Shown in pieces: positions 24,879-32,361 of a stretch of DNA of 32,361 nt (positions are counted from its first letter, which is position 1; the number at the start of each line of letters is the position of its first letter). The notes under the pieces were generated by a model. The model made no database searches. It was not told the origin of the DNA and saw nothing but the letters and a program-made list of their open reading frames with translations. Source of the DNA: an uncultured Pseudomonadota bacterium (GTDB lineage Bacteria; UBA10199; JADFYH01); the NCBI GenBank assembly GCA_964457215.1, contig CAYWGE010000003.1, positions 1 to 32,361 of the forward strand, read 5' to 3'. The position numbers and the translations under genes were made by a program.

Positions 24879-25895
24879 TTAAGCTTCTTCTTTTTTGCTT
24901 TCTTCTTCCATGGGAGCAAGCCAGCCATCTAACTTCATTCCTAAGCCTAATCCCATATCGGTTAAGATTTCTTTAATTTCATTTAAAGATTTACGACCAA
25001 AATTTTTGGTCTTAAGCATTTCAGCTTCAGAACGTTGAACCAATTCACCAATAAATTTAATATTTGCATTTTGTAAACAATTGGCAGAACGAACCGAGAG
25101 TTCTAATTCATCTACACGCTTATTTAAATGCTCATTAATTCCAGGTTCTTCAAGAATGATTTCTTCAATGGGCTCGGGTTCTTCTTGGAAATTGATAAAT
25201 AAAGAAACCTGATCTTTCAAAATCTTTGCGGCATAGGCCACTGCATCTTCAGGACTCACGGAACCGTCTGTCCAGACTTCAAGAGTTAAACGATCATAAT
25301 CGGTGGCTTGTCCAACACGCGCATTCGTTACATTATAATTTACACGGGTAATCGGAGAAAAAATGGAATCAATAGGAATCACACCGATTGGGTCCTTTTC
25401 ACTTTTATTTTTTTCAGCAGAAACATAACCCTTACCCAACTTTACGTTTAATTCCATGCGAAGTTTGGCATCGGCACCTAAAGTGGCGATATGAAGTTCT
25501 GGGTTTAAGATTTCTACACTCGGAGGAGTGATGATATCGCCAGCAGAAAGCTCCTTTTCGCCACTTGCATCGATCTTAATAACTTCATGATCAACCCCAT
25601 GAAGCTTCAAACGAAGCTGTTTCACATTCAAGATGATATCCGTAATATCTTCTTTCACGCCTGGGACTGTAGAGAACTCATGCAACACGCCTTCGGTTTT
25701 AATACTCGTTACAGCTCCTCCTTGTAAGGAAGAAAGCAGAATACGGCGTAAACTATTTCCGAGGGTAATCCCAAAACCTCTTTCTAACGGACGAGCGACA
25801 AACTTTCCGTAATTTGCCGTTTTTGATTCTTTTTCAACTTCCAGAATCTTAGGGCGAATTAAACTCCTCCAATTTTTCGAAACTAAATTTTGCAT
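24879..25895 (-). CDS. rpoA: DNA-directed RNA polymerase alpha subunit
   Basis: [17 protein letters not shown] and C-terminal domain [20 protein letters not shown]. Confidence 0.97.
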   Translation of the reverse strand: MQNLVSKNWRSLIRPKILEVEKESKTANYGKFVARPLERGFGITLGNSLRRILLSSLQGGAVTSIKTEGVLHEFSTVPGVKEDITDIILNVKQLRLKLHGVDHEVIKIDASGEKELSAGDIITPPSVEILNPELHIATLGADAKLRMELNVKLGKGYVSAEKNKSEKDPIGVIPIDSIFSPITRVNYNVTNARVGQATDYDRLTLEVWTDGSVSPEDAVAYAAKILKDQVSLFINFQEEPEPIEEIILEEPGINEHLNKRVDELELSVRSANCLQNANIKFIGELVQRSEAEMLKTKNFGRKSLNEIKEILTDMGLGLGMKLDGWLAPMEEESKKEEA

Positions 25896-25910
25896 GTTTC
25901 CTCCAAAGGA

Positions 25911-25960
25911 CCCCTCCCCCTCACCCCCTCCCTCGAGGGGAGGGGGGATGGGGGTGGGTG
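25911..25960. repeat. GC-rich 50-nt palindromic repeat, copy 1 (rpsD-rpoA spacer)
   Basis: CCCCTCCCCCTCACCCCCTCCCTCGAGGGGAGGGGGGATGGGGGTGGGTG is an imperfect palindrome centred on CTCGAG. It is 48/50 identical to 27809-27858. Confidence 0.85.
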
Positions 25961-25963
25961 ATA

Positions 25964-26590
25964 TTATTTCGAGTACAATTCGACGATTAATTGCTCATTA
26001 ATGGGCATCGTGAGATCGGAGCGCGCAGGAACTGTTTTATAAACACCTTTAAAACCTTGTTTATCTAATTCCAACCAGGTAGGCACGCCTCGGCGATCAA
26101 CGGCTTCAACTGCTTGAGCAATACGGGGAACCTTTCGGCTATTTTCCCGCACTTCTACGACATCTCCGGGCTTACAAGTATATGCGGGGATATTTACCGC
26201 CTTATTATTCACACTGAAATGGCCATGTCTTACCAACTGACGAGCTTCAGCGCGTGAATTAGCGAATCCAAAACGATAGACCATATTATCCAGACGAGAT
26301 TCTAAACTTGTTAAGAGGTTCTCACCGGTAATTCCCTTTTTACGATCTGCTCCCGCAAAAAGAAGACGAAATTGGCGTTCTAAGACTCCATAAATACGTT
26401 TTACTTTTTGTTTTTCTCGTAATTGAGTTCCGTATTCTGAGAATTTATTTCTCGCCTGACCATGTTGGCCTGGGGCATAAGCTCGGCGATCGATGGCACA
26501 TTTTTCTGTGTAACAGCGATCTCCTTTTAGAAAAAGCTTTAAGCCTTCTCGGCGACAAAGTTTACAAACTGAATCTTTATACCTAGCCAT
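25964..26590 (-). CDS. rpsD: 30S ribosomal protein S4
   Basis: [16 protein letters not shown] is the typical S4 start. ATG 26590 overlaps the rpsK TAA by 1 nt (TAATG). The track extension to 26620 is rejected. Confidence 0.95.
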   Translation of the reverse strand: MARYKDSVCKLCRREGLKLFLKGDRCYTEKCAIDRRAYAPGQHGQARNKFSEYGTQLREKQKVKRIYGVLERQFRLLFAGADRKKGITGENLLTSLESRLDNMVYRFGFANSRAEARQLVRHGHFSVNNKAVNIPAYTCKPGDVVEVRENSRKVPRIAQAVEAVDRRGVPTWLELDKQGFKGVYKTVPARSDLTMPINEQLIVELYSK

Positions 26591-27030
26591 TAGACTCTTC
26601 TCCTTTTCGGGGGACGGCATCCGTTATGAGGAATTGGGGTTACGTCCCGAATCATACTTACTCGTAATCCTGCCTGAGCAACAGCTCGAAGCGCAGACTC
26701 GCGGCCTGCTCCAGGACCTTTTACAAAAACAGTTACACTTTTCATACCTTGATCAACAGCTTTTCGTGCTGCATCTTCAGCAGCCAGCTGAGCCGCAAAA
26801 GGAGTGCTTTTACGTGATCCTTTGAACCCTTTTGCACCCGCAGAGGACCATGCCACGACATTCCCGGACATATCGGTAATAGTGATGATGGTGTTATTGA
26901 AAGAAGATTGAATGTGCACAAGACCTAACGGAACTTGCTTACGACTCTTCTTCTTTTTAACTTTTTGAGTCGCTTCTTTTTTCTCTTCGGGAAGTCCCGA
27001 ATTTACTTCTTGGGTTTTGGTGGATCCCAT
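26590..27030 (-). CDS. rpsK: 30S ribosomal protein S11 (Lys-rich N-terminal extension)
   Basis: [40 protein letters not shown]. Confidence 0.95.
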   Translation of the reverse strand: MGSTKTQEVNSGLPEEKKEATQKVKKKKSRKQVPLGLVHIQSSFNNTIITITDMSGNVVAWSSAGAKGFKGSRKSTPFAAQLAAEDAARKAVDQGMKSVTVFVKGPGAGRESALRAVAQAGLRVSMIRDVTPIPHNGCRPPKRRRV

Positions 27031-27039
27031 TTTTACTCC

Positions 27040-27423
27040 TTATTTACCCGTAGGGGCTTTCTTTTTACCCGCTACTGTTTTACGAGGACCTTTACGAGTT
27101 CTTGAATTAGTTTTGGTACGCTGCCCCCTCACCGGTAAAGACTTACGATGTCGACTTCCGCGGTAGGTGCCTAAATCCTGCAAACGCTTAATACTCATTC
27201 CTACATCTCGACGCAAATCTCCTTCTACTTTGAAGTGAGCATCGATGTATTCACGAATACGTGCCGCGTCCGCTTCTGTTAATTTATCAGCCCTTAAATC
27301 GGGGCTAAGTCCCATAGCTTCTAAAATTTCTTTTGATCGGGACCAACCTACTCCATAAATATAAGTAAGCGCGACCTCGAGTCTTTTTTTGGAGGGAACA
27401 TCCACTCCTGCAATTCTTGGCAT
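27040..27423 (-). CDS. rpsM: 30S ribosomal protein S13
   Basis: [26 protein letters not shown]. Confidence 0.96.
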   Translation of the reverse strand: MPRIAGVDVPSKKRLEVALTYIYGVGWSRSKEILEAMGLSPDLRADKLTEADAARIREYIDAHFKVEGDLRRDVGMSIKRLQDLGTYRGSRHRKSLPVRGQRTKTNSRTRKGPRKTVAGKKKAPTGK

Positions 27424-27428
27424 AAATT

Positions 27429-27542
27429 TTATCCTTGCTTTTGCTTATGGCGTGGATTTTCACAAATCACACGCAAAACTCCCGCCCGACGAATGACTTT
27501 ACATTTCGGACAGATTTTTTTGACAGAACTTCTTACTTTCAT
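27429..27542 (-). CDS. rpmJ: 50S ribosomal protein L36
   Basis: Not in the ORF track (37 aa). Hand translation of the minus strand gives [37 protein letters not shown]. It sits between infA and rpsM as expected. Confidence 0.9.
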   Translation of the reverse strand: MKVRSSVKKICPKCKVIRRAGVLRVICENPRHKQKQG

Positions 27543-27584
27543 AACAACCTCTTTTACAATGACTGACCTTTAAAAAATAAAACT

Positions 27585-27803
27585 TTACTTAGCTCGAAAA
27601 GTAATCCTTCCGCGAGTAAGATCATAAGGCGATAATTCTATTTTTACTCGATCTCCCGGAAGAATCTTAATAAAATGCATTCTCATCTTGCCCGAAATAT
27701 GGGCTAAAATTTTATGACCATTATCGAGTTCCACCCGAAACATGGCATTCGGTAATGGTTCTTTCACAACTCCTTCAACTTCAATACAATCTTCTTTGCT
27801 CAT
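27585..27803 (-). CDS. infA: Translation initiation factor IF-1
   Basis: [36 protein letters not shown]. Confidence 0.97.
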   Translation of the reverse strand: MSKEDCIEVEGVVKEPLPNAMFRVELDNGHKILAHISGKMRMHFIKILPGDRVKIELSPYDLTRGRITFRAK

Positions 27804-27808
27804 ATTAC

Positions 27809-27858
27809 CCCCTCCCCCTCACCCCCTCCCTCGAGGGGAGGGGGGACGGGGGCGGGTG
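27809..27858. repeat. GC-rich 50-nt palindromic repeat, copy 2 (map-infA spacer, overlaps the infA SD)
   Basis: CCCCTCCCCCTCACCCCCTCCCTCGAGGGGAGGGGGGACGGGGGCGGGTG differs from copy 1 only by two T-to-C changes. It ends 5 nt upstream of the infA ATG on the coding strand. Confidence 0.85.
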
Positions 27859-27864
27859 AAGCTT

Positions 27865-28614
27865 TCATAATAATGTTAATATTTCTGGTCCTTTTTCAGT
27901 GATGAGTATTGTGTGCTCAAAATGCACCGAAAGCTTTCTATCTTTTGTAACTACAGTCCATCCATCGGACAAAAGTTGAACCTCTTGAGTTCCTTCATTT
28001 ACCATTGGTTCAACCGCAAAAATCATTCCCGGCTTCAAACGAAAACCTGTATTCGGCTCACCAAAATTAGGCACTTGGGGCTCTTCATGAAGTTTTGTCC
28101 CAATGCCGTGCCCCACATAATCTCGAACAACTGAATACCCTTCTGCTTCTACATAGCTCTGAATCGCAGCACCAATATCATAGAGCCTTTTATCTGGAAT
28201 CATTTGAGAGATTCCCCGCTTTAAACTTTCTTCTCCCACTTCAAGAAGGCGTTTGGCCTTGCTATCGACTTTTCCAACTGGAAAAGTAAAAGCAGAGTCA
28301 CCATAATAACCTTCGTAAATCGCTCCGCAATCGACACCAATAATATCGCCCTCTTTCAAAACTCGTTTTGGCGACGGAATACCATGAACGACCTCTTCAT
28401 TAATCGAGGTACAGAGTGTTGCTTGGTATCCTAAGTAACCTTTAAAAGCAGGAATTCCACCCGCTTTTTTAATTTCATCTTCTGCCAAACGATCTAAATC
28501 TAAAGTGCTTAAGCCTGGCCGAATGATTTCTTTAATTTTTGAAAGAACCTGAGCCACAATACGGCTCGCCTGCTTCATCTTTTTTATTTCTTCCTGGGAC
28601 TTGATTGTAACCAT
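27865..28614 (-). CDS. map: Methionine aminopeptidase type I
   Basis: MVTIKSQEEIKKMKQASRIV, metal ligands in DIIGVDCGA / GHGIG / FAVEPM / FEHT. The 5' end overlaps the adk 3' end by 31 nt. Confidence 0.95.
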   Translation of the reverse strand: MVTIKSQEEIKKMKQASRIVAQVLSKIKEIIRPGLSTLDLDRLAEDEIKKAGGIPAFKGYLGYQATLCTSINEEVVHGIPSPKRVLKEGDIIGVDCGAIYEGYYGDSAFTFPVGKVDSKAKRLLEVGEESLKRGISQMIPDKRLYDIGAAIQSYVEAEGYSVVRDYVGHGIGTKLHEEPQVPNFGEPNTGFRLKPGMIFAVEPMVNEGTQEVQLLSDGWTVVTKDRKLSVHFEHTILITEKGPEILTLL

Positions 28615-29252
28615 GTGTTTAAAACACCTACGATATTCTTAAAAATTTCATCGACTGTCCCAGAGCCACTGATAGTCGTTAACAAATTCTCTTTTTTATA
28701 AAATTCAATTAAAGGCGCTGTCATTTCTTGATAAACTTTTAATCTTGCCCGAATTGTGTCCTCTTTATCGTCATTTCTCTGAAAAAGTTTCCCCTTACAC
28801 CGATCACAAATTCCTTCTTCTTGAGGGGGAGCAAATTGCAAATGATACCCTTGGGAGCACTTTTCACACTGTCTTCGCCCAGTTAGGCGCCCTACCAAAG
28901 AGTCTTCACTTACCTCAATATTTACCACTTTATCAATACTTCCCTGATCTTTAAGCATTTCTGCTAAAGCCTGCGCTTGGGGAAGCGTTCTCGGAAAACC
29001 ATCTAATATGTAACCTTGTTTACAATCCGCTTGGCCTAACCTCTCTTGAATTAAACCAATCACTACTTCGTCGGGAACCAGCTTGCCTGCGACCATATAG
29101 GACTCTGCTAAAAGCCCTAAAGGAGTTTGGGCAACTCGAGCTGCCCGAAGCATATCCCCTGTCGAAATCTTAGGAATATGAAAAAAATCTTGGATCTTTT
29201 GAGCCTGAGTCCCTTTGCCAGCCCCGGGTGCCCCCAGCAAAATCAAATTCAA
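28584..29252 (-). CDS. adk: Adenylate kinase (zinc-lid type)
   Basis: NLILLGAPGAGKGTQ P-loop. Lid with CEKC...CDRC. The initiation codon is TTG (29252-29250), with AAGGAG upstream and an in-frame TAA 15 nt upstream. It overlaps the secY TGA. Confidence 0.95.
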   Translation of the reverse strand: MNLILLGAPGAGKGTQAQKIQDFFHIPKISTGDMLRAARVAQTPLGLLAESYMVAGKLVPDEVVIGLIQERLGQADCKQGYILDGFPRTLPQAQALAEMLKDQGSIDKVVNIEVSEDSLVGRLTGRRQCEKCSQGYHLQFAPPQEEGICDRCKGKLFQRNDDKEDTIRARLKVYQEMTAPLIEFYKKENLLTTISGSGTVDEIFKNIVGVLNTWLQSSPRKK

Positions 29253-30556
29253 GCCCTTCTCCTTCCCTTAAATCGGCCTGCTCGCTGTCCTAAAAATCCT
29301 TCATAATGGTGGGACAGTAAATGTCCTTCCATCTGAGCAATGGTATCCATTGCCACACCCACAACGATTAAAAGAGAAGTACCACCAAATACCGAAGCGA
29401 TAGTTCCCGGCACATGTGCACGCGTTGTTAAAAGCTCCGGGAGTACGCAAATCGCCGCTAAATAAAACGCTCCGCCTAAAGTAATTCGAGTTAAGATCCG
29501 ATCTAGATAATCGGAGGTTGGTTTTCCTGGACGAATTCCAGGCACAAAGCCTCCATATTTACGGATATTTTCCGCAACATCCACCGGATTGAAACTGACT
29601 GCCGTATAGAAATAACAAAAGAAAATAATAAAAGTGACGTACAAGAAAGTATGCAACCAACCGCCTACCAGCAAAGATGAAAGCTCTTGAACGTGGGGGT
29701 TTTTCCAAAATTGCGCTACGGTTGCTGGAGCTAAAATAATCGCGGAGGCAAAAATAGGAGGAATAACGCCCGCTGAGTTAATCTTTAAGGGAAGATGACT
29801 CGATTGCCCACCATATAACTTTCGCCCAACTACCCGTTTAGCATATTGAATTGGCACACGACGTTGACCCCGCTCACAATAAATAATCGCGCCAATCACA
29901 AAAACGATAAAAGCCAAAAGAACGATAAAACCTAAAAAATCCCCATACTGTTCTTTAGTCCTCCAGGCATCTCGAAATGCACCCGGAATACGAGTGACAA
30001 TACCTGCGAAGATAATAAGAGAGATTCCATTACCGATCCCTCTTTCAGTAATCTGCTCACCCAGCCACATAATAAAACTCGTTCCGGCCGCTAAAGTAAT
30101 CATAGTGGTGAGAATAAAACTCATCCCTCCCACGCCAGGTAATAAAACTCCCTGTTGCTGCAATCCCACACTAATCCCTAGAGCTTGAAGCAAAGATAAA
30201 ATCACGGTGCCATAACGCGTATACTGAGTTATCTTCTTTCGGCCTTGTTCTCCTTCTTTAGATAGTTTTTCTAAAGTAGGGCTGACGACCGTAAGAAGCT
30301 GCAGAATAATTGAAGCGCTAATGTAAGGCATAATTCCCAGTGCAAAAACCGAGAATTTTTCAAGAGCGCCTCCTGAAAACAGATTAAAAATTTCAAAGAC
30401 CGTACCTTTTGAAACAATATTTTTTAGTGCATCAACATTAATACCGGGAGTAGGAACAAAAACGCCTAAACGATAAACACCCAACATTAAGAGTGTAAAA
30501 ACTAAACGTTTTCGAAGTTCGGGAATTTTTGCAATATTTCCTATGCTATTAGCCAA
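29249..30556 (-). CDS. secY: Preprotein translocase subunit SecY
   Basis: ELRKRLVFTLLMLGVYRLGVFVPTPGI and a 10-TM profile. TTG start at 30556-30554, preceded by GGGGAG and an in-frame TGA 12 nt upstream. Confidence 0.96.
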   Translation of the reverse strand: MANSIGNIAKIPELRKRLVFTLLMLGVYRLGVFVPTPGINVDALKNIVSKGTVFEIFNLFSGGALEKFSVFALGIMPYISASIILQLLTVVSPTLEKLSKEGEQGRKKITQYTRYGTVILSLLQALGISVGLQQQGVLLPGVGGMSFILTTMITLAAGTSFIMWLGEQITERGIGNGISLIIFAGIVTRIPGAFRDAWRTKEQYGDFLGFIVLLAFIVFVIGAIIYCERGQRRVPIQYAKRVVGRKLYGGQSSHLPLKINSAGVIPPIFASAIILAPATVAQFWKNPHVQELSSLLVGGWLHTFLYVTFIIFFCYFYTAVSFNPVDVAENIRKYGGFVPGIRPGKPTSDYLDRILTRITLGGAFYLAAICVLPELLTTRAHVPGTIASVFGGTSLLIVVGVAMDTIAQMEGHLLSHHYEGFLGQRAGRFKGRRRA

Positions 30557-30729
30557 GCTCGCTCCCCATCATTAGCTCTCTTGCACAACTTACTGCGCAG
30601 ACCAATTACTGCGTTGCGGTTTCCAAAAAATCCTCACGTACAATTTGTACATTCCGGTTTTTTGGCCCCTCCGCGCCTTGCACTTGATCTGCTCGTAACA
30701 GTTCTACAAGAGATCTATTTAACAAAACA

Positions 30730-31179
30730 TTAAGAAATTACTTCTGCTTTACCGCCAGCTTTTTCAATTTTTTCTACTGCGCTCTTAGAAAAACGATGTG
30801 CTTTGACAGTAATTCCCACACTCAAATCGCCATTTCCTAAAATCTTTAAAGGCTTCTTTCTTCGTGATACCAAACCCTTTTCTTGAAGAACTGCGGAATC
30901 AACTACCGTTCCGGATTTAAACTCCGAAAGATCACTCACATTTACTACTTCGTAAACTTCACGGAAAATATTGGTAAAACCACGCTTGGGAATACGACGA
31001 ATTAAAGGCATTTGTCCGCCTTCAAATCCAAGTTTGTGGTACCCGCCGGCTCGCGCCCGTTGACCTTTATGACCTTTTGTAGAAGTGCCTCCGTGTCCGC
31101 TAGCGTCGCCTCGCCCAAGGCGCTTCTTCTTTTTATTTGCAGCACGGGGTCTTTCTATTCTTGAAAGAAACGAACTCAT
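30730..31179 (-). CDS. rplO: 50S ribosomal protein L15
   Basis: KKRLGRGDASGHGGTSTKGHKGQRARAGG. ATG overlaps the rpmD TGA (ATGA). Confidence 0.95.
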   Translation of the reverse strand: MSSFLSRIERPRAANKKKKRLGRGDASGHGGTSTKGHKGQRARAGGYHKLGFEGGQMPLIRRIPKRGFTNIFREVYEVVNVSDLSEFKSGTVVDSAVLQEKGLVSRRKKPLKILGNGDLSVGITVKAHRFSKSAVEKIEKAGGKAEVIS

Positions 31180-31586
31180 TTTGCTTTAACCTTTTTTGAA
31201 GTTGAACTTTTCTTAACAGCCTTAGGAGCTGTTTTCTTTTGAACCGGTTTTTTAGAGACTTTAGATTTGCTAGACTGAGCAGTTTTTCCGACATTTTCTG
31301 TCGGCGCTTTACGTTCCTTTTTTGGCTTTTCTACTTTTGGACGTACGGCACCGAGCTGATATTCATTTTTCTGACCAAAAGGATTTTTTTCCTTTTTATC
31401 AGTAGGGTTTTGATCGAGCGTCACTAAATGACATACTTTTTTTGCCATTCCAATGATTGCTGGATTATTTTTAAGTAAACGACTCGCTTGGCGATATTTA
31501 AGCCCCAATCCCAATACAGTCTGCTTTTGTCGCTCAGTCGTCGCGATCACCCCTTGTTTTAAACTGACTCGAATCATACCTTGCAT
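31176..31586 (-). CDS. rpmD: 50S ribosomal protein L30 fused to a ~77-aa Lys-rich C-terminal tail
   Basis: L30 core IRVSLKQGVIATTERQKQTVLGLGLKYRQASRLLKNNPAIIGMAKKVCHLVTL, then a low-complexity K/P/S/A tail. Start set at ATG 31586, with AAGGGA ~7 nt upstream. The track start at 31607 is a TTG. Confidence 0.85.
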   Translation of the reverse strand: MQGMIRVSLKQGVIATTERQKQTVLGLGLKYRQASRLLKNNPAIIGMAKKVCHLVTLDQNPTDKKEKNPFGQKNEYQLGAVRPKVEKPKKERKAPTENVGKTAQSSKSKVSKKPVQKKTAPKAVKKSSTSKKVKAK

Positions 31587-31641
31587 AAAATTTCCCTTAA
31601 CTTTCAATCTGTAAAAAATTCAAAAGATGTCTTTTGATTTC

Positions 31642-32130
31642 TTAACTCACTCTTTTCATAGCGTTATAAATTTCAGGAACCCTTAAGCGAGTTAATCCAC
31701 TTAAGGTTGCCTTCACCACGTTATGAGGATTATCGGTCCCAATACATTTTGTTAAAATATCGTGAATCCCCGCCGATTCAACAACTGCACGAACCACGCC
31801 TCCTGCGATAACTCCAGTTCCCGGAGAAGCAGGCTTGAGTAATACTTTTGCAGAACCAAAACGTCCTAAAATTTCATGCGGAATCGTTCCTTTACTGACT
31901 GGAATAGTCACTAAATAACGTCGTGCTTGCTCAGTCGCTTTACGGATAGCCTCAGGAACTTCTTTGGCTTTTCCAAGTCCTACTCCGACCTGGCCTTTTC
32001 CATTTCCTACGACCACGAGAGCACTAAAACTAAATCGACGTCCACCTTTAACAACTTTTGCAACACGATTAATGTTGATAATACGTTCGGTGAGATCTGA
32101 TTCTGTCGCATTATTTTTTTCACGCGCCAT
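31642..32130 (-). CDS. rpsE: 30S ribosomal protein S5
   Basis: [44 protein letters not shown]. Confidence 0.97.
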   Translation of the reverse strand: MAREKNNATESDLTERIININRVAKVVKGGRRFSFSALVVVGNGKGQVGVGLGKAKEVPEAIRKATEQARRYLVTIPVSKGTIPHEILGRFGSAKVLLKPASPGTGVIAGGVVRAVVESAGIHDILTKCIGTDNPHNVVKATLSGLTRLRVPEIYNAMKRVS

Positions 32131-32154
32131 AATTTTTATTCCTTATTTTCTATC

Positions 32155-32361
32155 TTAAAACTGAAGTCCGGATTCTCGTGCGGCATCTGCCAACGCTTGC
32201 ACACGTCCGTGATATCGGTAACCACCTCGATCAAAAACAACTTTTTTAATTCCTTTTTTAATTGCTTCTTCTCCTACCCGCTTGCCCACTTCTTTCGCTC
32301 CTTGGACATTTCCTCCAGAGCCTCCAAATTCTTTAATTGCAGAAGAGGCGGCCGCGATAGT
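32155..32361 (-). CDS. rplR: 50S ribosomal protein L18, C-terminal 68 codons (5' end outside the window)
   Basis: Hand translation gives ...[30 protein letters not shown]-stop. Open frame to the window edge. Not in the ORF track. Confidence 0.88.
   Translation of the reverse strand, partial: TIAAASSAIKEFGGSGGNVQGAKEVGKRVGEEAIKKGIKKVVFDRGGYRYHGRVQALADAARESGLQF

Noticed and set aside
25911-27858. GC-rich palindromic repeats as a CRISPR array
   Set aside because: There are only two copies, 1.9 kb apart, and they are separated by intact ribosomal protein genes rather than short spacers. No cas genes are in the window.

Overview
AT-leaning, tightly packed bacterial chromosomal window. Many genes have 1-4 nt start/stop overlaps. 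I saw no rRNA, CRISPR array, transposase or integrase. From 24.3 to 32.4 kb (minus strand) lies the distal ribosomal-protein cluster rplR(partial)-rpsE-rpmD-rplO-secY-adk-map-infA-rpmJ-rpsM-rpsK-rpsD-rpoA-rplQ. The middle carries a ROK kinase, a Yip1-like membrane protein, rsmE, a GDPD esterase, a double-RDD membrane protein, yebC-ruvCAB, an ftsB-like gene, cspA, a cupin, tRNA-Ala(GGC), panD and a TlpA-like thioredoxin. From 6.1 to 12.6 kb (minus strand) is a complete trpEGDCFBA operon. Its last gene overlaps (ATGA) an ECF sigma / zinc anti-sigma pair. The left end looks accessory. It holds a truncated secreted repeat protein, a double-FHA sigma54 enhancer-binding protein and a divergent two-gene cassette. 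The cassette is a 352-aa protein with a C-terminal minimal nucleotidyltransferase signature, tightly coupled to a 110-aa acidic, histidine-free protein. It sits behind a near-consensus -24/-12 sigma54 promoter and two tandem palindromic upstream sites. This is my best candidate for an undescribed system. Several non-coding signals are not explained by the genes. (1) Two homologous ~142-nt hairpin elements with compensatory stem changes bracket a small secreted Cys-rich gene upstream of trpE. (2) Two 48/50-identical GC-rich palindromes sit inside the ribosomal cluster, and one overlaps the infA Shine-Dalgarno. (3) Heptanucleotide tandem arrays flank rplQ. (4) The rplO-secY spacer is an unusually long, structured 173 nt. 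All functional calls rest on motif recognition by eye. No database search was run.
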